Shown piece by piece: positions 56,873-64,000 of a stretch of 64,000 bases of DNA (its first letter is position 1; each line of letters begins with the position of its first letter). Where the stretch lies: IMG/VR virus record IMGVR_UViG_2721755711_000002; one strand, given 5' to 3'. The DNA is from a virus (lineage: Duplodnaviria > Heunggongvirae > Uroviricota > Caudoviricetes). The notes under the pieces are model-generated. The model had not been told where the DNA came from. It did no database searches and was given only the letters and a program-made list of their open reading frames with translations. The position numbers and the translations under genes were made by a program.

Positions 56873-57633
56873 TTCATCTGCCGTACAATATCCCGGTGCT
56901 TGTTAAGCTCCCGCAGCGCCGCGCAGACTCGCTCCCACTTCCGGACATGATTTTTCGCCCGACGCAGTTCGCGGTTTGCCATGTGCAGCGATGGTAAAAT
57001 CAGGTCATTCGCACGCGTTTCGGTAAACGATGGCAGCGACTGCACAATGTCCGCCACAGTTTCTGTTTTAATATCTTCCTGTGTTGCAACCTCCTGTACT
57101 GGTAACGCAACCCCCGCTGGCTGAGGAAAGGCTTTACCATCAGTTTTCGCTACCGATACAAATTTCGGCTCTGCTGGTAAATTTTCCCCGGTTTCTTTTA
57201 CCAGCATCCACTTACACCCCTTCCCCTGTCCCAGCTTAATCGCCATGCCATCGCGGCAAAGCTTTTCCATCGCAGAAACCAGCGACCTGACGCAATCAGC
57301 ACGCCCCACAGCAATTGCAATCTCAGCGGTGGTCATTGCCCCACCATGAGCAAGTGTGGACAGGATGTCGCAGCGATTCAGTGGCTCACGGTCTTTTCTG
57401 CTGACCACCATGCGGGATTTTCTTTCCGCTTTACACACCGGCACTGTTTTTTCTTTCACGCCACTTTGTCGTTCTGAAACAGACCAGTAACCATTAACCG
57501 ATACAACTTCTCCCTGCTCTTCGTACTCCCGCAACATTTTAATCGCCTCAGCCGGTGCAATGCCCAAACTGGTAGCAAGCTCAGTGCACGTCACCTTTTG
57601 CATCGCTTTTAACGTATCAATCAACGTTTCCAT
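56848..57633 (-). CDS. replication-associated protein (P position), winged-helix-like
   Basis: 261 aa immediately downstream of O-like gene; no Walker motif. Confidence 0.4.
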   Translation of the reverse strand: METLIDTLKAMQKVTCTELATSLGIAPAEAIKMLREYEEQGEVVSVNGYWSVSERQSGVKEKTVPVCKAERKSRMVVSRKDREPLNRCDILSTLAHGGAMTTAEIAIAVGRADCVRSLVSAMEKLCRDGMAIKLGQGKGCKWMLVKETGENLPAEPKFVSVAKTDGKAFPQPAGVALPVQEVATQEDIKTETVADIVQSLPSFTETRANDLILPSLHMANRELRRAKNHVRKWERVCAALRELNKHRDIVRQMNCSREDVK

Positions 57634-57678
57634 TAAAATTTCTCCCGTTAAAAATTATTTACCAATCTCAAACAAAAC

Positions 57679-58644
57679 TTACCCCCTGAACCCTGGTGGA
57701 ATTTCGGTGTCCGGTTCAGAAATGTGATTCACACAACGCTGCGCGGGACCACGCCACAGTCGAATAACCAGCTCATCCCATTTTTCACGGAGTTTTTCCG
57801 GGCTCTTGATGTTTTTTATCCAGAACGGATCCCGTTGTGCCCGACTGAACATTTCGCAAATTTGTCTGTGACTTCTTCCATCCAGCATCCGCATTGTGCG
57901 CACATCATTGGCCCACGTAGTCCAGTTGGGCTCTTTCGGTCGCGTGATCTCACCATCATCGCTCGCAGCCTGCTCGTACAGGTTTAAAACCCGCCCCCAG
58001 ATCCACTGCGCACACGTCAAATCCTCCCGGGTTCCCCACTGGCGTTTTTTTACACTGAACACAGCTGCGTCAGGATGGCGGGTTAAAAACTCCTGTTCAG
58101 CCGTCTGCTCGTCCGGTTGCGAAGCGTCCGGACAAGAGAGTTTTTTATTCTCTGTAGTAATCTCTGTTGTATTCTCTGTAGGATCATCGGGCCATTTTGA
58201 CCTGATGACATTGGGTCGTTTTGAACCAATGGAGTGTGTCATTTTGGCATCTTCCATCGTGTCATTTTGACCTGATGGAGCGGCGCATTTTGACCTGATG
58301 GATTCGCTCAATTTGCCATCATCTAAAAGCTTGCTCTCGTAATTGATCGTGTAGAAATTAGTCATATCGCGCTTTGATTTATTGAGCTTTTCGCAACGCA
58401 AAAGCCCCAGCGTTTTCAGACTTGCAAATGCACGTTTTAACGTTGACTCTGACCAGAACGGGAACTGTTCCAGCCATTGTTCCGTTGTGTTATAAATCCA
58501 GCGAACACCATCACATTCCATGCCGGAACTGGTATCTCTCAACCAGTAATGCAGCTGCTGCAACACGATGGCTTCGTTCAGACCAATTTTCATCGCCAGC
58601 TGCGTGTTTATAACCAGCGGGCGTTCAGCAAAAAGGAGCTTCAT
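57679..58644 (-). CDS. replication initiation protein, lambda O-like
   Basis: N-terminal MKLLFAERPLVINTQLAMKIGLNEAIVLQQLHYW; ori iterons lie inside the gene. Confidence 0.65.
   Translation of the reverse strand: MKLLFAERPLVINTQLAMKIGLNEAIVLQQLHYWLRDTSSGMECDGVRWIYNTTEQWLEQFPFWSESTLKRAFASLKTLGLLRCEKLNKSKRDMTNFYTINYESKLLDDGKLSESIRSKCAAPSGQNDTMEDAKMTHSIGSKRPNVIRSKWPDDPTENTTEITTENKKLSCPDASQPDEQTAEQEFLTRHPDAAVFSVKKRQWGTREDLTCAQWIWGRVLNLYEQAASDDGEITRPKEPNWTTWANDVRTMRMLDGRSHRQICEMFSRAQRDPFWIKNIKSPEKLREKWDELVIRLWRGPAQRCVNHISEPDTEIPPGFRG
58130..58325. other. origin of replication: iteron array (about 23-bp period) plus AT-rich flank
   Basis: CATTTTGACCTGATG at 58193, 58263, 58286; degenerate copies at 58216, 58240, 58309; TTCTCTGTAG repeats at 58148-58180. 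Confidence 0.7.
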
Positions 58645-58664
58645 CCCACCCCCATAACACGTTA

Positions 58665-59090
58665 TCAATGCGCGACCACGGCATTTCCCGCCGGGCCGCC
58701 ACGATTCATCTGATTGAAACCAGCAATCGCCACTGCGACAAAATCATCAGCGTCTCTCACCAGTCGTTCCCGCGTCTCCACCAGTTCCCGAAACCAGGCT
58801 GAACTGTGGCTGCGCATTCGGGCCACCAGCAGAGGTGGCATTGCTTTTTCGATCGCTGGTAACAACGCCTGAATTTTTTTAACCGCATCAGGAGTGTCTT
58901 TCTCCACCCAGCGGAAAATTTTCTGGGTGTTACGGCCCAGGGCTTCCGGATGGCTGTCGTCGTACAATTCCGGGAACGTCATACCGAGTTCGAAATACGC
59001 TTTGGTAATTTTCGCAGCCGGTACTTTCTCGCCGTCTGGATGCGCCCAGGCATTCATCGCCATGCGGATGTGTTCATGCTTGATTTTCAT
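58665..59090 (-). CDS. YdaT-like protein (CII position)
   Basis: 141 aa downstream of Cro-like gene. Confidence 0.45.
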   Translation of the reverse strand: MKIKHEHIRMAMNAWAHPDGEKVPAAKITKAYFELGMTFPELYDDSHPEALGRNTQKIFRWVEKDTPDAVKKIQALLPAIEKAMPPLLVARMRSHSSAWFRELVETRERLVRDADDFVAVAIAGFNQMNRGGPAGNAVVAH

Positions 59091-59346
59091 GAATCAACTC
59101 CGGCGCATTTGATGTGTTAACCTTACATCCAACAGGTAAACCGTCGGTTGGGTTAGGGTATTTATCAGGGCGCAATTCATGCGGAGTCACTCCCCAGCCA
59201 AGCGCCTCACATGCTGGAATGACCTCCTCCGCAGGAACTCGTTTTTTAAACCACCCACTTATAGTTTGTGGAGTTTTACCAAGACGACGCCCTAACTCTG
59301 ATTGGCTCATTATCGACAGGATTTTCACTTGAGTACTTTTTTGCAT
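59074..59346 (-). CDS. Cro/YdaS-like HTH regulator
   Basis: MQKSTQVKILSIMSQSELGRRLGKTPQTISGW after GGAGGG RBS; divergent from repressor. Confidence 0.65.
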   Translation of the reverse strand: MQKSTQVKILSIMSQSELGRRLGKTPQTISGWFKKRVPAEEVIPACEALGWGVTPHELRPDKYPNPTDGLPVGCKVNTSNAPELIHENQA

Positions 59347-59378
59347 GTTTCCCTCCAAACTTTACGATGGCACCGATA

Positions 59379-59418
59379 ATTACAAATTTAATTTTAATTT
59401 TCAACTTCTATTTGTAAT
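59379..59418. promoter_or_regulatory. candidate operator: inverted 9-mers ATTACAAAT / ATTTGTAAT in divergent promoter region
   Basis: 59379-59387 and 59410-59418 between cro-like and repressor genes. Confidence 0.45.
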
Positions 59419-59472
59419 GCCACTTATCAATTTTTTCTGTAGGATTGCAGGATTAGTTTTCGAGGGGTGGTG

Positions 59473-59865
59473 ATGATCTTTGTAAAACGCCTTCAGCAGG
59501 TGTTGCAGGAATTGAATATAAACCAGTCAGAGCTGGGAAGACGTCTTGGTGTAAAACCCCAATCCGTGCAAGGTTGGTTGAAAGGCGTGATGCCAAGAAT
59601 GGATAAATTGGAAAAATTAGCAGAGCTCTCACAACATCCCGTCCATTGGTTCTTTATGGAAGAAGAAACTCTCGGCGATAAGATGGCTGTATCCAGTAAT
59701 GACAACCAACCGCAACTTACAGAACAACAACGAAAAATCATATCGCTTTTAGATGAGTTACCTCAAAGCGACGCAGAGCAGATCATTCGGGATATGGAGC
59801 AAAAACGCGATTTCTATAAACGCAAACTTGAAGAGTTACTGCGGCAGAAAAACAAAACTGCCTGA
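59473..59865 (+). CDS. prophage repressor, DicA/RacR-like HTH
   Basis: MIFVKRLQQVLQELNINQSELGRRLGVKPQSVQGW after GAGGGG RBS. Confidence 0.65.
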   Translation: MIFVKRLQQVLQELNINQSELGRRLGVKPQSVQGWLKGVMPRMDKLEKLAELSQHPVHWFFMEEETLGDKMAVSSNDNQPQLTEQQRKIISLLDELPQSDAEQIIRDMEQKRDFYKRKLEELLRQKNKTA

Positions 59866-59911
59866 TGCGTTCCTTTTCTGGAACGAGCATCAGGCAAATG
59901 ACTAACAGATT

Positions 59912-60271
59912 TTATAATCCCACCAGGCTTTCCAAGGGGATACCAAATTGATTATGAAGACGGCGAATCATTGGTAACGTAAGGCTTCTGGTGCCATTCA
60001 ACACCTCGTAAACCCGATTTTTTTTTCCAATTGCGGGTTCCAAATCTTTCACGGTCAGCCCCTGCTGTTCCATGCGAAATCTTATAGCTTCAATTGGGGA
60101 TGGTGGCTCAATGGGATAATGTTTTTTTTCATATTCCGCTATTAGCAAACACATCACCTCAAAGAAATCCCCCTCAGGCGTGTTAATTTCCGGCTCATTG
60201 TCGAACATGGGCTCAACAGCACGCAACGCGGCTTCATAATCTTGCTCTGTACGAATAGGTTTGATGTTCAT
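59912..60271 (-). CDS. higA: HigA-like antitoxin (XRE HTH)
   Basis: 119 aa downstream of HigB-like toxin. Confidence 0.65.
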   Translation of the reverse strand: MNIKPIRTEQDYEAALRAVEPMFDNEPEINTPEGDFFEVMCLLIAEYEKKHYPIEPPSPIEAIRFRMEQQGLTVKDLEPAIGKKNRVYEVLNGTRSLTLPMIRRLHNQFGIPLESLVGL

Positions 60272-60273
60272 GC

Positions 60274-60576
60274 TTACTCCAGTTCAATGGTATCAGCATC
60301 AATGGCATCGTATTCCTTGTGGTTTCCGATGAATTTAACAAATACCCATCCTCGCTGATACGCAATTGCAACAATTAAACGGTAATGATTACCTTTTATG
60401 TTGAATACCACGCGCCGGTTTTTCAATATACTGGCCGTTCGGTATTGTGCCTTAATGTCTGCCGGGCTTTTCCAGTCAGCCTTTGCTGCCTCATCCACCC
60501 ATGCCCTTAGCGGTTGTTCTGCATCGGGATTCTCCGCCCAAAAATCCCTAAGCGTTTTAACTGAGATGATCTTCAT
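60274..60576 (-). CDS. higB: HigB-like toxin (RelE/ParE superfamily)
   Basis: 100 aa; ..NIKGNHYRLIVAIAYQRGWVFVKFIGNHKEYD typical of HigB. Confidence 0.7.
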   Translation of the reverse strand: MKIISVKTLRDFWAENPDAEQPLRAWVDEAAKADWKSPADIKAQYRTASILKNRRVVFNIKGNHYRLIVAIAYQRGWVFVKFIGNHKEYDAIDADTIELE

Positions 60577-60586
60577 AACTGTATGG

Positions 60587-60605
60587 TAGTCCCATTTCGG
60601 GACTA
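60587..60605. promoter_or_regulatory. palindromic operator candidate upstream of higB
   Basis: TAGTCCC-ATTTC-GGGACTA 11 nt upstream of higB start. Confidence 0.5.
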
Positions 60606-60851
60606 ATGCAATCGGCCTCAGCTACAAATTTAATGATAAATATATTGACCAATTAAATTTTAATTTGTAGATTATACTCACCAACCAACTCCCCGCCCCA
60701 CAGAACGCAGGGCAATACTTCGAGTTACCAGGCAGTGGTCAGGGGTTAAGTAGCCAGCCCGAGGCGTAAGAACATGACGGCAGGGTTCAACTTTAACTAT
60801 GCAGCAGGTTTTTGTTCCGCCACCCCGGCGTTAAAGGGAAATGAGGTCAGC

Positions 60852-61004
60852 ATGGATACTATCGATCTTGGCAACAACAAATCTCTGGTATACGGCGTGT
60901 TTCCAAACCAGGACGGTACGTTCACCGCGATGACGTATACCAAAAGCAAAACGTTTAAAACCGAAGCTGGCGCGCGTCGCTGGTTAGCCAGAAATACTGA
61001 CTGA
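60852..61004 (+). CDS. ydfA: YdfA-like small protein
   Basis: MDTIDLGNNKSLVYGVFPNQDGTFTAMTYTKSKTFKTEAGARRWLARNTD. Confidence 0.6.
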   Translation: MDTIDLGNNKSLVYGVFPNQDGTFTAMTYTKSKTFKTEAGARRWLARNTD

Positions 61005-61015
61005 TGAGGTTAACG

Positions 61016-61651
61016 ATGGAATTTAAAGACTTACCGCTATCAATCCAGGAGATTGCAGCACACACACTACGTCAACATCTGAACGAAGCTATGGCTGAAT
61101 CTGCAAAGAAAGAAACCATTGATAACATGGCTCGTAATGTGCACGATGCGTTTACCGGATTGTATTTCTGTGCGTCTGTAAATAAACACGACCCAGAGAG
61201 TGTGGCAAAGAAAATTGCAGAAACGACAGTGCAAAACATCAATACGAAACAAACCGAAGACGAAATTGACCAGCCTGCCAGTGAACAAAAGAAAGAAAAA
61301 TCGCCATATGCGGGGAACATGTTTGTTTATGACAAACTTATCCGAATTCGTGGCGAAATTCCGACTGAATACCTGGCAAAAATTCACCAGGCATTACTTA
61401 AAAATCTGGAAACGGAAGTATTTGATGGCAACACCAACGGCTCCTTCGTGGTGTCAGCCCTCACAAAAGAGTGGGATACAGATAATCGCCGGAATGTTGC
61501 TACATGGTTATTCAGCAACAAAGCTGCTGCCCTGGAAGCTGCGGCCTGTATTTGCGACCTGCTAAGGACAGACCGCAAATACAACCTGGATGTGTATAGC
61601 TATATTTATGCTGAACACTATCCGCTCTGGATTGACTGGTTTAAAGGGTAA
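61016..61651 (+). CDS. hypothetical protein (211 aa)
   Basis: ATG 61016 after GAGG; occupies ydfB/ydfC position. Confidence 0.45.
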   Translation: MEFKDLPLSIQEIAAHTLRQHLNEAMAESAKKETIDNMARNVHDAFTGLYFCASVNKHDPESVAKKIAETTVQNINTKQTEDEIDQPASEQKKEKSPYAGNMFVYDKLIRIRGEIPTEYLAKIHQALLKNLETEVFDGNTNGSFVVSALTKEWDTDNRRNVATWLFSNKAAALEAAACICDLLRTDRKYNLDVYSYIYAEHYPLWIDWFKG

Positions 61652-61813
61652 CACCTGCGGGACCGAGCCGACCAGCACCACGATTATTTTATCCTCCATT
61701 AAGGGGTGAATTAAAAATGGAGACCAACACGCTGCTACGTGTGGTCGTGCGCCGGACACGGATAACCTTCCGGCATGCTCTTTAACAATCTGGATATCCA
61801 CAACAGCAATAAC

Positions 61814-62332
61814 CTACGGATTGCTGCTCAATGCTCTACCTATCTCTTCTTCAGATGGGGGCGGTATATAGTCATCATTGCGTTCAAATTTAAAGCGCGA
61901 ATCACATTTCAGGCATTTAGAAATATGGAACTTATCATGCTCACCAATTTCAACAGGTTGAAGTATTGCTATTACACCATGCTGATAGCAATTGGGACAG
62001 GCATAGTAAAAACATGTGTCTTCTTCGTCGAGGCTGTTCCTGAAAGCATAGACAAAATGCCCAAAACCAGTTTTGTGTATCGTATAGCATTCAAGTTTTC
62101 GATTACGCTCGTCAATTTCATGACATTTTTGCTTAAGCAAGAGTATTTCCTCGTACTGAAGCGCGAGCGTTTTCGCTAGCTCTGCGTTCTGTATTTGTAA
62201 GTCTGCCAGTTGGCGACGCATTTCGTAGACAGCCTTTTCACGTTCAGATTGGCTTTTTGCATCAAGTATTACCTGTAATAAATCAATCGAGACTTTAATT
62301 GCCGTTATTGATGAAGTTATTCCAGATAGCAT
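61814..62332 (-). CDS. coiled-coil protein with C-terminal Cys4 zinc-ribbon-like motif
   Basis: 173 aa; CPNC..(20)..CLKC; AT-rich; convergent with 61016-61651. Confidence 0.45.
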   Translation of the reverse strand: MLSGITSSITAIKVSIDLLQVILDAKSQSEREKAVYEMRRQLADLQIQNAELAKTLALQYEEILLLKQKCHEIDERNRKLECYTIHKTGFGHFVYAFRNSLDEEDTCFYYACPNCYQHGVIAILQPVEIGEHDKFHISKCLKCDSRFKFERNDDYIPPPSEEEIGRALSSNP

Positions 62333-62635
62333 TCTTAACTCTCTTTGTTGTTGGGGTATCCGGATTATACAAATTTCTTGTCGTTGGGGAATGACGGAAA
62401 CCACCTCGCCTGACGTGGTTAAAAGCAGGCACACAACGCGAAAGCGCACGGCGAAGGTTTCTTTTCCTTAGAAGGCTTGTCGTTAGATTTCTTCGACCGT
62501 GCACTTCCGGTTGTGGCAATCCGCGAAATGGCGCGGCGGTAAGTATGGCGGGTTATCCTTACCCCCATTGTGGCACCGGGTTGGCAGGTTGACCATACGC
62601 TTAAGTGACAACCCCGCTACAACACTCCATGTTGA

Positions 62636-62694
62636 TTTGTACCTTTGGCGGCATCAGTTTCATTGCTGGCTGATGTCCGCCCTTTTTAAAGTGA
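62636..62694 (+). ncRNA. dicF: DicF-like small RNA
   Basis: TTTGGCGGCATCAGTTT..CTGATGTCCGCCCTTTTT closely resembles DicF as recalled; upstream of dicB homologue. Confidence 0.6.
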
Positions 62695-62867
62695 ATTTTG
62701 TGATGCGGTGAATGCGGCTCAGCGCACGCGGAACAGTTAAAAAGCGATTAGTTCCCCCGTATCGGGTGTTTATGGGTTCCCTGTATCCGGCGTTAATTGT
62801 TAACTGGTTAACGTCACCTGGAGGCACCAGGCACCGCATCACAAAATTCATTGTTGAGGACGCGATA

Positions 62868-63056
62868 ATGGAAACGTTATTACTCAATTCCACTACGCCT
62901 GAAACTCGTTTTGAAATTGGCGTTATCACTGGCGATAAAACTTTTATTGAGGATGCCATTAACCAGATAAAGCATGAGCCGGATTCATTAAATAAGGTTT
63001 GCATTGTTTCAATGATGGCCCGTTCACGCCTGATGCAAAAAGGATACTGGCAATGA
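62868..63056 (+). CDS. dicB: DicB-like cell division inhibitor
   Basis: METLLLNSTTPETRFEIGVITGDKTFIEDAINQIKHEPDSLNKVCIVSMMARSRLMQKGYWQ. Confidence 0.7.
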   Translation: METLLLNSTTPETRFEIGVITGDKTFIEDAINQIKHEPDSLNKVCIVSMMARSRLMQKGYWQ

Positions 63057-63256
63057 ATACCACATTTGCACTTGTTCTGACGGTTTTTCTTGTTTCCGGT
63101 GAACCAGTTGACATGGTTACTGGCGTATACAGCTCAATGAAAGAATGCATGGCTGCCGCAGATGAACAGAAAATTCCCGGTAACTGTTATCCGGTCGATA
63201 AAGTTATTCGCATGGATAATAACGAAGTCCCGGCAGGACTTAAAACAGCACCGTAA
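63053..63256 (+). CDS. ydfD: YdfD-like small membrane protein
   Basis: MNTTFALVLTVFLVSGEPVDM.. ; ATGA overlap with dicB stop. Confidence 0.5.
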   Translation: MNTTFALVLTVFLVSGEPVDMVTGVYSSMKECMAAADEQKIPGNCYPVDKVIRMDNNEVPAGLKTAP

Positions 63257-63332
63257 TTAATATCCGGTTTCATTTTTATATGTCAGAAATGGCAGGGATT
63301 TGTTCACCCTAAAAATAGTTACGAGGTTTATC

Positions 63333-64000
63333 AATGAGCGCTGATAAAGAAGAAATTGCACTATATTACGAAGCCAAAAATGACAAAGTCAGAAAACGCC
63401 TTGGGATTAAAGGCGGTTTTTACTGGCGCACAGCAAAAAAATTATCGGTTGCAATATCACGCGGTGTTGTCGCAATGGACGATGCCGGATTTGACGAAGA
63501 GGATTTTAAAAAACCTGTTCGCGTCCATTTACCCATTGTGAATGACCTTCCTCCGGAAGGCGTGTTTGATACCGAATTCTGCAATCGATACGAAAAAGGC
63601 GGGGAAGATGGTATAACAATGGTATTTATTGAGACATCTCACTCTGCGCAGGACAAACCAGCCAGCACTGACAATACCAACGTCAACGGCGAAGACATGA
63701 CGGAGATTGAGGAGAACATGCTCCTGCCGGTTTCAGGTCAGATTCTGCCTGTTCGATGGCTGGCACAGCACGGCAGCGAAAAACCGATCACACACGTTTC
63801 GCGGGACGAACTGCGCGCATTACATAACGCACAGGATGAAAAACTTCCCGCCGTTACCGCTCTGGCCATCTCAAATAAAGCAGCGCAACTCGAACCGCTG
63901 GAAATTCGCGATCTCCACAAACTGGTTCGTGACACGGACAAAGTTTTCCCTAATCCTGGTAATTCAGACCTGGGACTGATGACTGCTTTTTTCGAAGCAT
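63333..64000 (+). CDS. hypothetical protein (ydfE position), 3' end beyond window
   Basis: hand translation from ATG 63333 is open to base 64000; absent from ORF track because no stop is reached. Confidence 0.5.

Noticed and set aside
58190-58325. Iteron array considered as a possible CRISPR-like repeat array
   Set aside because: Repeats are 15 bp at about 23-bp period inside a replication gene with an AT-rich flank, which fits an origin and not a CRISPR array; no cas genes present.
61775-62179. 134-aa plus-strand ORF
   Set aside because: Hydrophobic low-complexity translation; the minus-strand coiled-coil/zinc-ribbon ORF covering the same DNA looks like a real protein.

Overview
The whole window is prophage DNA, and it looks like two different tailed-phage late regions meeting tail-to-tail at a palindromic junction near 17223. 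Left part (1-17226, + strand): lambda-like head genes (portal B, protease/scaffold C, decoration D, capsid E, FI, FII) joined to a P2-like contractile tail set (V W J I H G, sheath FI, tube FII, E/E' with a -1 frameshift site, T, U, X, D), ending in a truncated side-tail-fibre (Stf) N-terminal gene. Right part (17191-64000, mostly - strand): a Qin/lambdoid-type prophage with a DicA-like repressor facing a Cro/YdaS-like gene, YdaT-like gene, O-like replication gene with internal ori iterons, nin region (hokD-like, DUF968/HNH, RusA, Q-like), a cargo-rich Q-to-lysis interval (orphan N6-adenine methyltransferase, tRNA-Gly-like gene, TerB-domain protein, HEPN-like gene), lysis cassette, terminase, portal, capsid and a Mu-like contractile tail interrupted by a moron island; on the + strand it also carries higBA and a ydfA-dicF-dicB-ydfD-type operon. 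No CRISPR array, rRNA, integrase or att site was seen. The most interesting candidates for an undescribed system are the antisense HEPN-like gene with its TerB/membrane-peptide neighbours (45733-47235) and an AT-rich membrane-protein cassette in the nin region (52681-53762); neither can be assigned a function from sequence alone. All family assignments come from reading the translated ORFs and recalling known families; no search was run.
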